From Escherichia coli 042 (GTDB taxonomy: Bacteria > Pseudomonadota > Gammaproteobacteria > Enterobacterales > Enterobacteriaceae), in NCBI RefSeq assembly GCF_000027125.1, contig NC_017626.1: a stretch of 64,000 bases of DNA; one strand, written 5' to 3'. Made by a program: the position numbers and the translations under genes. Position 1 is the first letter of the stretch. The number at the start of each line of letters is the position of its first letter. Below are positions 1 through 9,734 of the stretch, in pieces. Under the pieces are notes generated by a model that worked only from the letters and a program-made list of their open reading frames with translations, was not told the origin of the DNA and ran no database searches.

Positions 1-248
1 TCACGCTCAATGGCGTTGACCTGGTCGCATTTTTCCTTCGACAGTTTCATATTGGGAAAAACGGTTTTTCCATCCACCACTGTGGCACCCCGACAGATGG
101 TCCATATGCCAGAACCATCGCGGTATGCCATTGTGTGGTTACCTTCTTTTTCGTCCAGAAACTGGTCAAGTATCTGAGGAGCAGATGCGCCAGCACCAAT
201 CAGCGCCAGAACGGCAGCCGACAGGCCGTATCTGATTTTTGTGTTCAT
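1..248 (-). CDS. rrrQ: Prophage lysozyme RrrQ, N-terminal part (gene continues beyond window start)
   Basis: Reverse translation begins MNTKIRYGLSAAVLALIGAGASAPQILDQFLDEKEG; start codon at 246-248 on minus strand; matches recalled Qin lysozyme. Confidence 0.8.
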   Translation of the reverse strand, partial: MNTKIRYGLSAAVLALIGAGASAPQILDQFLDEKEGNHTMAYRDGSGIWTICRGATVVDGKTVFPNMKLSKEKCDQVNAIER

Positions 249-556
249 AGATATTTATGATGAGGACGCTCGTGCTTATTGGCAGGATTTTCAATCTTAA
301 AGGAGTACTGATGCTGCAGATAAGACTCAACTTTTTCTGACAATTTTTCTGCTACTTCCAGGAAGACTTGCCGGACGCTCCTTCTGGCTGCTGCCTCATA
401 AAACTCCAGCGCAGCTCCTTCAACACGGTCCATGGCGACATCTAGGTCAAAAATTTCACCGTCAAAGCGTTCTTTGTCCTGTAAGGCTACAGTTACCGTA
501 ACTTTATTCTCAAAATTACGGACTCCTTTCACAACCAGTTCATAGTCTTGAGTCAT
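245..556 (-). CDS. ydfR: Qin prophage protein YdfR (103 aa)
   Basis: ORF track 103 aa; position between holin and lysozyme; stop overlaps rrrQ start. Confidence 0.65.
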   Translation of the reverse strand: MTQDYELVVKGVRNFENKVTVTVALQDKERFDGEIFDLDVAMDRVEGAALEFYEAAARRSVRQVFLEVAEKLSEKVESYLQHQYSFKIENPANKHERPHHKYL

Positions 557-560
557 TGGA

Positions 561-776
561 TTACTCTCCTCTCGCAGCCTTACGCCTGTCTTCTTTAATC
601 TTGAAATAAAGATTTGTCAGATACGTCAGCAGGCCAAAAACCAGGCTACCCAGCACACCGATTGCAGCCCACTGTGACGGAGTTACTTTATCGAGTAACT
701 GCAATGCCCAGAAACCAGCATTACCCGCCGATGTGCCATAGGCAACACCTGTTGTTAACTTATCCATTGATTTCAT
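561..776 (-). CDS. essQ: Phage holin-like protein EssQ (71 aa)
   Basis: Translation [28 protein letters not shown]... with one TM segment; ATG at 774-776; upstream of lysis genes. Confidence 0.8.
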   Translation of the reverse strand: MKSMDKLTTGVAYGTSAGNAGFWALQLLDKVTPSQWAAIGVLGSLVFGLLTYLTNLYFKIKEDRRKAARGE

Positions 777-995
777 ATCCTCACCCCGATGTACACGGAT
801 GGTGCAATATGTTTGAAAAGATCGGAGTCTACGGGGTAGTTTTGACAGCACACGTTGTTCTCAACGGCGCTAAAAAAACATACACATTAAAAATGTGGGT
901 AATTATTTTGAAAGAAAGTCATATATAAAATAATAATACGAGAAATGTTTTCATATTTAGTGTACTGTATACGGCCATTTATACAGGAAAAGCCT

Positions 996-1166
996 ATGTC
1001 AGAACGTAAAAACTCAAAATCACGCCGTAATTATCTCGTTAAATGTTCCTGCCCAAACTGCACCCAAGAGTCAGAACACAGTTTTTCAAGAGTACAAAAA
1101 GGTGCCCTTTTGATCTGCCCTCATTGCAACAAAGTATTCCAGACAAATCTTAAAGCTGTAGCCTGA
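996..1166 (+). CDS. Hypothetical small zinc-ribbon protein (two CxxC pairs)
   Basis: MSERKNSKSRRNYLVKCSCPNCTQ...ICPHCNKVF; AGGAAAA SD-like upstream; followed by hairpin near 1230-1252. Confidence 0.4.
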   Translation: MSERKNSKSRRNYLVKCSCPNCTQESEHSFSRVQKGALLICPHCNKVFQTNLKAVA

Positions 1167-1529
1167 TTGATTTTATTAGTAACAAGTATTTTTTATATTT
1201 TAATAATATATTTAAAGCAGATAATAAAAAACCCGCCTGAGCGGGTTTGAGATTGTGGTGCTTTTTGTGGGAGTCATCCACTTACGCACTTTGTTTTGCC
1301 ATGCCAGCAGTTAGCTTCTGCTGTAAAACTATTCATGCAGCAAACCTGCACTTCACCACAATGGTTAGCATACTTTTCCTGATTAAGATTTTGCCAAATA
1401 TGCTAGCCATTGTTTCATGTATTGGACCTCCTTACTTTTTATTAAAGAGATCCAATATTCACTACTCTGTCCGTATCTCTACTCAGGCATCAGCCTTCTT
1501 CGTTATCGTATACAGACGAGCGATGAATT

Positions 1530-1745
1530 TTAATCAGTAATGATGACATTTGCTGCTGCAGGACCTTTAGCACCACTCTCTATAGAGAAGGTAACCTTTT
1601 GACCTTCAAATAAGGTTCGATAATTATCATTCTGAATCGCAGAAAAATGCACAAACACATCTTTACTACCATCAACAGGAGAAATAAAGCCGAAACCTTT
1701 ATCAGCGTTAAACCATTTTACTAAACCAGTCATTTTATTTGACAT
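1530..1745 (-). CDS. cspB: Cold shock protein CspB
   Basis: Full-length CSD protein [21 protein letters not shown]...; recalled identity. Confidence 0.95.
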   Translation of the reverse strand: MSNKMTGLVKWFNADKGFGFISPVDGSKDVFVHFSAIQNDNYRTLFEGQKVTFSIESGAKGPAAANVIITD

Positions 1746-2045
1746 TCTACATTCCTTAACTTGAGCCTTTCGGCATAAATGGTTTGCATAACAGAAACGA
1801 CTTCGTACTTAATTGGAGAGACTCAAAGAAGGAATAAGTGAATAACACCTGAAATGAGAACTGCTTTAGTAAACTACTTCGTATATCGTCTGTTCTTCAA
1901 ACCGACGCAATCATTAACGCATAGTTGAACATATGAAGCAATGTTTATTTTAGACATCCAGCCATCTTCAACCCCATCAAAAAACTATAGCTTTCTTCAG
2001 GAACGTGTGTATAGTGCGCCAAGTTATCAGTATTAAGGAATTTTT

Positions 2046-2258
2046 TTGTCCCGTAAAATGACAGGAATTGTCAAAACCTTTGACGGCAAAAGCGGCAAGG
2101 GTCTTATCACCCCATCCGATGGTCGTATCGATGTCCAGCTTCATGTTTCAGCGCTCAATCTCCGCGATGCAGAAGAAATTACCACCGGATTACGCGTGGA
2201 ATTTTGCCGGATAAATGGTCTGCGTGGCCCTTCAGCTGCCAATGTTTACCTTTCATGA
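2046..2258 (+). CDS. cspF: Cold shock protein CspF (TTG start)
   Basis: [23 protein letters not shown]...; divergent from cspB as in K-12. Confidence 0.9.
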
Positions 2259-2550
2259 GCTATATTAAAGCTTTAATTTCAGGCCCCATCGGATCACACA
2301 TGGAGAGTTTTTATGAATAACCCCGTCTGTCTTGATGACTGGTTGATTGGCTTTAAAAGCTTATGCTGTACTTTGGCCGTAATAGCTCTGCTAATAATAT
2401 AATAAGCAGACTCATTGTGTTTAGGGACATTGTACTGGAAGAAAACATTTTAAACATCAGGCAAATAACCAAGTCACCAGCTAAATAATAAGTTAACAGA
2501 CATGAGTCCCGGGATGAGATTCAACATTACCATTGCCCCATTTAAAGCAC

Positions 2551-2574
2551 AAAACCCGCTCATCAGCGGGTTTT
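2551..2574. terminator. Bidirectional Rho-independent terminator between cspF and quuQ
   Basis: aaaaCCCGCTcatcAGCGGGtttt hairpin flanked by A and T tracts. Confidence 0.55.
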
Positions 2575-2679
2575 CTACTTTTTCTTAACGTCGGGTATAC
2601 AAAGCCCATCGTTGAAAAAATTTTATCCATATTTTTTGAAAAATGCAAACATCATGTCGCCATCTTCAGCAAAAATCAT

Positions 2680-3432
2680 TTATCTCGTCACCTTCCTCAA
2701 TTGCGCTTCCGCGTATGCTTCTTCCTGCCAGCACTTTGTTACCAGTTTACCAATGACGTCCGCATACCCCTTATACCACTGATAATCGGTCAGGTCTGGT
2801 ACCAGCTTCTGGACATGACGTCGTGCCAGCGTGGTCGGTAAACGACTAAACCGGTTTCCATTACAACGCCCACAAATCTTATATACCGGTACGCCATGAA
2901 ACCGGGTTCTTTTTTCATCCAGAACAATCCCTTTACCCTTACACCCTCTGCACGCTGTGCTGGCTTCGCCCTTACCATGGCAATGCTGACATAGTTCCTT
3001 CACCCATTCTTCCTTGATTACAGATTCCCCGCGTCTGTAGTGTTTCACCACTTCGCGCAATACATTATAAAATCCCGTACCTGAACAATGCTCACAGCGA
3101 GCCTTACTTGCCGCAGACCTGGAGTAATCAGCAAAGGCAAAACTCACGAGGTAAGGAATAATCTGTAACCGGATTTCTTCACTCAATTTGTTCAATGTCG
3201 GGTTATCCAGTGCCATCGCGTAATTTAGCAGGCCTTCAATCGCAAACTGAGGGTCCTGAACACCAACTTTTGCCAGAAATAAGGCCAACCCAAGTGGTGC
3301 TTTCGACTGCACCATCCCCTGCGCTGCCATTACATCCGTAATTGTTAAACAACCGGTGCCTGTCGCTGGAGCGTCATCGCTCAATTTTGGAGATTTTGGG
3401 GAGTAATATTTTGGTAAGGCTTCAAGGTTCAT
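2680..3432 (-). CDS. quuQ: Late-gene antiterminator Q homolog QuuQ (250 aa from MNLEALPKYY)
   Basis: Cys-rich zinc-binding region CEHCSGTG...CQHCHGKG...CRGCKGKG...CGRCNG typical of Q proteins; recalled identity. Confidence 0.85.
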   Translation of the reverse strand: MNLEALPKYYSPKSPKLSDDAPATGTGCLTITDVMAAQGMVQSKAPLGLALFLAKVGVQDPQFAIEGLLNYAMALDNPTLNKLSEEIRLQIIPYLVSFAFADYSRSAASKARCEHCSGTGFYNVLREVVKHYRRGESVIKEEWVKELCQHCHGKGEASTACRGCKGKGIVLDEKRTRFHGVPVYKICGRCNGNRFSRLPTTLARRHVQKLVPDLTDYQWYKGYADVIGKLVTKCWQEEAYAEAQLRKVTR

Positions 3433-3445
3433 GCTCGTTCTCCAC

Positions 3446-4534
3446 TTACGCCAGTACGCCAATTGCCAGCGCGCGATCGATAAAACGAAATATCAGCTCC
3501 AGTTGGGAGCCATACTTATCTTCAAATGCCACTGTATCCGTATGCAGCTCGTTGTGATGCTTTCTGCACAAAGGCAACACAAAGAGATCATGTGCTTTTG
3601 TTCCCATTCCGCCCTGCCCGTGACCAATCAGATGATGCGGATCGTCGGCTGGCATACCGCAGCAAGCACACGGCTGTGTCTTAACCCAACGTGTGTATTT
3701 CTCCTTAACCCAGCGGCGACGTTTAGGCAGCTTCATGAAAGATTCCGGAGACTCTGGATCAACGGTGATGCTTACCACCGTCTTTTCCTGTGGTGATTTT
3801 TGTTGCTGGTGGGCGTAAGGCAACGGTGCAAGATTTTTTGTGCGTTGTTTCAATATGCTGGTGGCGGTCTGCTCTCCCGGTACGATGTCGCTTTCGCGGT
3901 ACACCGAGCAGATTTTTTCCGCTGGTAATCCCAGCGAACGACGCGATACAGCCTCAGGTAGTGCATCCACCACCTGATTGCAGACCGCCCACCAGGATAA
4001 TTCAGCCAAAGATAATTCCCGCTCCTGCGTACCGCTTATTGCGTGACGGATGACGTCAATCACCCATGCTGTCAGATTTTGTTGAGCAAGCAGCTCCAGT
4101 GATTCCGATGTCTGGTCACGCAGTTGGTTGTCGCAGTGCCAGCACAACACCATTGCGCCGGTACCATAACGGTGAATGACTGTTTCAGTGTGATGGTAAT
4201 CGCCATTAGGCCACTGGCAGGATGTAACATGACGTAATAGCCAGTCGGACAATGCGCCAACGCCGCCAGCAGCACGAATCACCCGTTCGTTACTAAAAAA
4301 CGGCAGCAATGTTTTGTCTTCCGCCAGCGGCTGGCGAACGGCAGGAACGACTCCGGATGGCAGATTACGCATGCTTTTTGGTTCCGGTTCCACCAGCACT
4401 CGAGGATTATGAAATATCTGTATGGATTCACGGCCCGGCTTAAGGACCACCAGCCCAAGCTCAGGCACCAGAACAGGTCTAAGTAATACCCGCACGTTAC
4501 CTCCAGATCCGTTGCTGGAAAGTGCGGGACGCAC
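3446..4534 (-). CDS. ydfU: Qin prophage DUF968-type protein YdfU (start may be internal to ORF)
   Basis: 362-aa ORF with CACCGMPADDPHHLIGHGQGGMGTKAHD motif; recalled YdfU. Confidence 0.75.
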   Translation of the reverse strand: MRPALSSNGSGGNVRVLLRPVLVPELGLVVLKPGRESIQIFHNPRVLVEPEPKSMRNLPSGVVPAVRQPLAEDKTLLPFFSNERVIRAAGGVGALSDWLLRHVTSCQWPNGDYHHTETVIHRYGTGAMVLCWHCDNQLRDQTSESLELLAQQNLTAWVIDVIRHAISGTQERELSLAELSWWAVCNQVVDALPEAVSRRSLGLPAEKICSVYRESDIVPGEQTATSILKQRTKNLAPLPYAHQQQKSPQEKTVVSITVDPESPESFMKLPKRRRWVKEKYTRWVKTQPCACCGMPADDPHHLIGHGQGGMGTKAHDLFVLPLCRKHHNELHTDTVAFEDKYGSQLELIFRFIDRALAIGVLA

Positions 4535-4775
4535 GTGGTGGGCGTTCGGAATAAGGCAGCCTGACAGAGATTATCCAGTGCCGATAGTCGAGACTGAGAG
4601 CTTTCTTAACCTCGAACCCGCGCCTGCGGTAAGAATGAATCAGCCATTCGGCCTGTTCTGCAGTGCATGGAGGGTGCTGGAACCATTCAGACTTGAATGC
4701 GTGAGAATACCGCCCGTGCGTGCAGGCAAGAACGGGCGAATTATCAGAATTGTAATATTTTGCGTTGCGTGCCAT
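4497..4775 (-). CDS. rem: Small prophage protein Rem-like
   Basis: 92-aa ORF immediately upstream of ydfU in K-12 order; identity by position and recollection only. Confidence 0.45.
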   Translation of the reverse strand: MARNAKYYNSDNSPVLACTHGRYSHAFKSEWFQHPPCTAEQAEWLIHSYRRRGFEVKKALSLDYRHWIISVRLPYSERPPRASRTFQQRIWR

Positions 4776-4841
4776 CGGTTTTCTCCGGTGGCACGGTGTT
4801 ACTCAGCGGGAGTTCAGCCCCGCGCAAGATTGTAGATGAGT

Positions 4842-5093
4842 TTATTCTCCTGAAAAAGCAGAAAAGCCAGCTTTTATTCCGATCTCTTTCAATGCCTGTA
4901 ATGAAGTGACAAACTCACCTTCGCGCAAGATAAATCCGTCCGTGACCCGAGCATCCACAAAATTAATTAACGCAGCCCCATTCTTTCGCAAACACATAAT
5001 GCGGTAATGACTAACAAGATTTCCATTTTCAACGCACACAGCATAGAGGCCATCTTCACAAAAAATTTTACGCAGTTCTTCGATGTTCATCAT
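4842..5093 (-). CDS. Hypothetical protein (83 aa)
   Basis: ORF only; lies downstream of the hokD terminator; no recognisable motif. Confidence 0.3.
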   Translation of the reverse strand: MMNIEELRKIFCEDGLYAVCVENGNLVSHYRIMCLRKNGAALINFVDARVTDGFILREGEFVTSLQALKEIGIKAGFSAFSGE

Positions 5094-5220
5094 CAGAATC
5101 CTTCCGGATAATTAGCTCTCCCCTTTAAGGGACCATCCCTCTTATCCCTGCGCGCTACTTAAGTATTTTTGATTCTATTCCGGCACCGTCCAGAACTTCA
5201 AACGCGTTGAAAATAAAAAC

Positions 5221-5240
5221 AAAAACCCGCCGAAGCGGGT
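5221..5240 (-). terminator. Rho-independent terminator downstream of hokD
   Basis: ACCCGCcgaaGCGGGT hairpin preceded on + strand by A-tract (T-tract on minus strand). Confidence 0.5.
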
Positions 5241-5309
5241 TAAGTGCGGGTGCGTTGAGGATGCCTGCCACATCAGAGGTGGCGAGGGATTTCTCCCCCG
5301 CCGGGTCTC

Positions 5310-5465
5310 TTACTCCTCAGGTTCGTAAGCTGTGAAGACAGCGACCTCCGTCTGGCCGGTTCGGATTCGTACCTCGCAGAGGTCTTTCCTCGTTACCAGT
5401 GCCGTCACTATGACGGTTAAACAGATGACGATCAGGGCGATTAACATCGCCTTTTGCTGCTTCAT
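5310..5465 (-). CDS. hokD: Hok-family small membrane toxin HokD (51 aa)
   Basis: Hand translation MKQQKAMLIALIVICLTVIVTALVTRKDLCEVRIRTGQTEVAVFTAYEPEE; below ORF-track size cutoff. Confidence 0.85.
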   Translation of the reverse strand: MKQQKAMLIALIVICLTVIVTALVTRKDLCEVRIRTGQTEVAVFTAYEPEE

Positions 5466-5536
5466 AGCCTGCTTCTCCTGTCAACGCAAAGCAGAAGTGT
5501 CACCTTCGGTGCGAAACAGAGATGTCATGCTTTGGT

Positions 5537-5824
5537 TCAGAGAATGCGTTTGACCGCCTCGCTATATACTTCCGAGCGTTCTCTTTTCCCAACAGAAATC
5601 ACGAAAACGACAACTTTCTCGTCTATAACCTGGTATACAAGGCGATAGCCTGAAGACCGGAGCTTAATCTTGTAACAATCAGGCATACCACGGAGCTTGT
5701 TTGCTTCAATCCGGGGTGACTCAAGTACTTCAACCAGCTTCTTTTTCAACTGTTCACGTACCGTCGAGCCCAGCTTTCGCCATTCCTTTAGTGCCCGCTC
5801 GTCAAAATCCAGAAAATACGCCAT
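5537..5824 (-). CDS. relE: mRNA interferase toxin RelE
   Basis: 95 aa MAYFLDFDERALKEWRKLGSTVREQLKKKL...; recalled identity. Confidence 0.95.
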   Translation of the reverse strand: MAYFLDFDERALKEWRKLGSTVREQLKKKLVEVLESPRIEANKLRGMPDCYKIKLRSSGYRLVYQVIDEKVVVFVISVGKRERSEVYSEAVKRIL

Positions 5825-6063
5825 CAGAGTTCATCCAGCGTCACACGTACTGGCTTAGGATTACGAAGCCGTTCTTTCACTATCTCCACAAGTTCAGCAT
5901 CTTCATCACTCAGGAGTGTCTGTTTGAACGGCAAGCGTTCATTGTCAGCGATATACTCGAGCATGAGACGAAGCGCTTCAGAAGGAGTTACACCCATTTT
6001 TTCAAGCGCGGCGTAAGAACGCGCTTTAAGTTCATCGTCAATACGCAGGTTAATGCTACCCAT
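5824..6063 (-). CDS. relB: Antitoxin RelB
   Basis: 79 aa MGSINLRIDDELKARSYAALEKMGVTPSEALR...; overlaps relE start by 1 nt. Confidence 0.95.
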   Translation of the reverse strand: MGSINLRIDDELKARSYAALEKMGVTPSEALRLMLEYIADNERLPFKQTLLSDEDAELVEIVKERLRNPKPVRVTLDEL

Positions 6064-6087
6064 GTCTTACACCTCTTGTAATTACAA

Positions 6088-6393
6088 ATGTCATTACAAG
6101 TATCGCACTACAACATGCTTAGGGCAAGTCACGAAGGAAGTCAGAAAGTAGTCGTAAGAACGGTGATCACTGTCCGCTTTGTGCCAGGAGCAGCCATTGC
6201 TAAGTCCATCCTGTATTGTGCAGGTCAGCTCGTTTTTAAAGAGTCCGGCCATCATCTTACTGGTACAGACACCATATACTTTGTGACGGTCAGGCTACAT
6301 ATGCACAACTCAACTTATTCATCTATTTTTTGCTTTAGCATGTCAGTGTTGCTTTCTCGTCGGCGGGTGAGCGGTGACCTGACCTGTCGATAA
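6088..6393 (+). CDS. ydfV: Uncharacterised Qin protein YdfV-like (101 aa)
   Basis: 101-aa ORF at the K-12 position between relB and flxA; identity by length and position. Confidence 0.45.
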   Translation: MSLQVSHYNMLRASHEGSQKVVVRTVITVRFVPGAAIAKSILYCAGQLVFKESGHHLTGTDTIYFVTVRLHMHNSTYSSIFCFSMSVLLSRRRVSGDLTCR

Positions 6394-6595
6394 AGGAACG
6401 TAACACGTTTTATGCAACACCCGCATGCGGCAGAAAATTATTGCCGAACGTTTACCCCTGTCAACAAGCTTTACTTTCTGAGGCGCGCCAGCCCGCGAGG
6501 AAAACAATCTGAACATCAAACAATTAATGACACAAGAAATACGATTAAAGATTTTTTTGTGCATGCCGATAGTGCTTTTTTAAAAGGAGAAATCT

Positions 6596-6928
6596 ATGTC
6601 TGTCACAATTCAGGGAAATACCTCAACCGTTATTTCAAACAACTCCGCCCCGGAAGGAACATCAGAAATAGCCAAAATCACAAGACAAATTCAGGTGCTG
6701 ACTGAAAAGCTTGGGAAAATCTCATCGTAAGAGGGGATGACGACACAGCAGAAAAAAGAAATGGCTGCATTGGTACAGAAGCAAATTGAAAGCCTCTGGG
6801 CTCAACTGGAGCAGTTGTTAAGGCAGCAGGCAGAGAAAAAGAATGAAGACGCGACAGTTCAGCCTGATAAAAAAGAAGAGAAAAAAGACGATACAAATAC
6901 CGCTGGCACCATTGATATTTACGTCTAA
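6596..6928 (+). pseudogene. flxA: flxA interrupted by in-frame TAA at codon 45 (6728-6730); downstream 63-aa frame retained
   Basis: Frame MSVTIQGNTSTVISNNSAPEGTSEIAKITRQIQVLTEKLGKISS-stop-EG-MTTQQKKEMAALVQ... gives 110 codons in one frame, matching recalled FlxA length. Confidence 0.55.
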
Positions 6929-7364
6929 GTGACAGCCGTATTGTGGCCCTCATCGGGCCACTTTTCGCCATCAGCCTTTTCTTTAAAGACATATTATCTT
7001 TGTATCATTTCTGATAGTTAACATTACAAGATATAAGTAATGGACGCACTCCCAATTAGTCTATTTAAATCGCCACGAGTTTAACTGACAACCCATGATC
7101 AATTATGAATTGCAACTATTTCTGTAGTCACTTTTGTGGGGACAGTCCACAAAACTGCCAACTTCCGCTTCTTGCTCTTAGCGGACATTAGCATAGGCTA
7201 TTTACCATAACGCCTCATTACGCGCACCGCCCAGACTGACTCAGCGCGTTTCTGGCATATCCCCGGTAAAACAAGTAACAAACCACCCGAAAATGAACAC
7301 CAGAAACGCGACTTAAGAATCTACCCTATGAATGGATATGCACTCAACCGAATCGATCTTGGTT

Positions 7365-8678
7365 TCAATCTTTTTTATCGGGATCAGGCTTCTTTTTAGG
7401 TAACTTCGGGGGCTTAACTTGCTGATGACTTTGCGTTCGGCGCGTAAGCCAGGGATGGTCAGCTTTAGGTTTAACATAGTATTTTGAGCGTAAATCAATA
7501 CGGGCATTATCCACTCGTTCATGGACACTCTTTTCATCATCCAGTGGTATAGGCTCCGGGCCATCAACATACTTTTCCCAGCCCAGCGCTTTCCCGTCAT
7601 ACAGAACGTTAATTTCACCGTCAAAGTTCTCGCATACAGTAACAACCGAATGCCTAAGTCGATATCCCCGGCCCTCACTGCGTACCTGAAACGCACTGCT
7701 TTTGTACTGGAAAGTGAGATTTTTAGACAGAACGCGCTTCGCCTGTAGGCTGAAGATATAACCCAGTTCCTCTTCAGAATGGTGCACATCAAGATGAGCA
7801 TTATCAGTAGTACGAGGCGACGTAGCGAACCGGTTGTTATAGGCTTCAATAAAGGTCGGCAACCATGCATTTGCTGTTTCAATATCACTGATATTCTGAA
7901 GCCGCATTTCTTTGACCAGCCTGTCCTGTAGTGTCTGATTGGCGCGCTCTACCCGCCCTTTTGCCTGCGGGCTGTTGGCATGGATTGGCTCGATGCCCAG
8001 TGTCTTTATCGCACGAGTGAACTGGGTCAGCTCACCTTCCCGCTCTGGGTTATTTACCCTGAATATACTGTGTCTATCAGAGTAGAGAGCGAGCGGTACG
8101 CCATGATCATTAAGGTAACCCCGGAGGGTTTCCATGTAAGCCCGGGTTGTTTCAGCAGGCACAAAACGCAACGCCATCAACGCACTGGTGGCATCATCAA
8201 TGAAAACGATCAGTGTACATCTGGGGCCTCGATTTTCAAACCAGTCATGAGGTGAGCCATCAATCTGGATCAGTTCACCGTAAGATGGTCGTCGCATGCG
8301 GCGTTGATATATACGGGCAATTTTACGACGGCGTTCACGCCATAACCCCTCTTCTACCATCCACTTTCTGAGAGTTTCAACGGATAAAGATAAACCGTGT
8401 ATCTCGCGCAATTTTTCGCACGCAAACGTAGGTCCAAAATCAGCGTAACGGCCTTTGAGGAGTGAAATTACTGTTGCTCTGAATTCAGTAGAAAAGGAAT
8501 TATTAGGACGCTTTCCACGTCGGTGGGAAACCAGACCAGAAGGCCCTTCATTTCTATACCGTTGCACCAGACGTTTAACCTGCCGAATAGAAATGCCAAT
8601 GCGTGCCGCAGCTTGTTCCTGAATAATCTGAAGTCGGTGGAGTTCCTTATGACTCATCGTAACAGTCTCTTTGATCAT
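7365..8678 (-). CDS. DDE (rve-type) transposase, 437 aa, IS481/ISNCY-like
   Basis: N-terminal HTH (RIGISIRQVKRLVQRY) plus integrase-core DDE region (LIQIDGSPHDWF...LIVFIDDATS...SDRHSIF...GRVERANQTL); absent from K-12 at this position by recollection. Confidence 0.7.
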   Translation of the reverse strand: MIKETVTMSHKELHRLQIIQEQAAARIGISIRQVKRLVQRYRNEGPSGLVSHRRGKRPNNSFSTEFRATVISLLKGRYADFGPTFACEKLREIHGLSLSVETLRKWMVEEGLWRERRRKIARIYQRRMRRPSYGELIQIDGSPHDWFENRGPRCTLIVFIDDATSALMALRFVPAETTRAYMETLRGYLNDHGVPLALYSDRHSIFRVNNPEREGELTQFTRAIKTLGIEPIHANSPQAKGRVERANQTLQDRLVKEMRLQNISDIETANAWLPTFIEAYNNRFATSPRTTDNAHLDVHHSEEELGYIFSLQAKRVLSKNLTFQYKSSAFQVRSEGRGYRLRHSVVTVCENFDGEINVLYDGKALGWEKYVDGPEPIPLDDEKSVHERVDNARIDLRSKYYVKPKADHPWLTRRTQSHQQVKPPKLPKKKPDPDKKD

Positions 8679-9012
8679 GAAAAATCCCCCAGAGAATTGT
8701 CTGGGGACATTTTAGAATGGTTCAAAGGGGACATTACAGCTTGGTGTTAACAATAGCCTGCTTCTCCGTGCCTTTCGGCACGTAAGAGGCTAACCTACAT
8801 GTGTCTAGCATGAAATTGGCCTCAGATTAATGTTAAGCGTCTTGCAGGACGCGTAATGTTAACTGGGGCTTTTCTCTATCTGCCGTTGGTGTCCATGCCC
8901 GAGGCAGATAGCCTCAAGCACCCGCAGTCATTCTACTTAACTAAGATTTCCCCGCAAACCGTTTTTGTCCAGCACAGTAAATATCCAACTAAACCAATGG
9001 AGTTCGCTGTAT

Positions 9013-9192
9013 TTACCGCCAGTATTCAATGCACATGACCGCCATGAACACCCCTAAAAAAAGGGCATTTATATATCCAAATATTAATATCAAAACATCA
9101 ACTTTTTCCATATACCTTGCTGTGAAGATGATGGGCATACATGATGCGAACAACCAGAACGCAACAAACAAAAACTGCAATGCGTTTTTCAT
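9013..9192 (-). CDS. Small two-TM membrane protein (59 aa)
   Basis: AGGAGG 6 nt upstream of ATG; MKNALQFLFVAFWLFASCMPIIF...LILIFGYINALFLGVFMAVM hydrophobic. Confidence 0.45.
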   Translation of the reverse strand: MKNALQFLFVAFWLFASCMPIIFTARYMEKVDVLILIFGYINALFLGVFMAVMCIEYWR

Positions 9193-9446
9193 TATTCCTC
9201 CTACAATCAATGTGCAATTACATTTAAACACACCTCAATTTGGCCGGACATATAAATATCTAAACCAGAAAAAATCACTTACATAGCGTTACAAACTCTT
9301 TAGTCTAAAGGTTCATCGTAAAACATTCCCCATACTTATCAGTCCGTTCCGCGCCAGGTAGCTCATTGCCTTATCTGGCAACCTGTAATCAGGTTTCCGC
9401 TTTTTCAGTTGGCTGGTCGTTTAACCGACATAGTTAATCCATTAAT

Positions 9447-9734
9447 CTAGTTGCCGGATGTTGGTGGATTTTCGCGTTTTAGTTGTTCATAAAAGTGCAC
9501 AGCTTTAACCAGTTCTTCTGATGTAACTGGGACTGGTGAGGCAGTGAATAAGGCCTGAATTTGATAGTTCGGCCTGTCGTTACAATCCTCTTTTTTCGGT
9601 ACATATTTCCAGTCACCAGACCACTACTTCCCCTGAAAGTCCGTAACGCCTTTTTTCACGTAGCGATATCGCCATGCCACTGGTTTTGCTTGCCCCGCCG
9701 TTTCATGCCCTTCCTGATAATTAATCTCGCTCAT
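9447..9734 (-). pseudogene. Prophage ORF with in-frame amber (TAG) at codon 37
   Basis: MSEINYQEGHETAGQAKPVAWRYRYVKKGVTDFQGK-amber-WSGDWKYVPKKEDCNDRPNYQ... reads through a single TAG at 9624-9626. Confidence 0.35.

Noticed and set aside
7313-7888. 191-aa ORF overlapping the transposase 3' region in another frame
   Set aside because: Overlaps the DDE transposase coding sequence; low-complexity translation.
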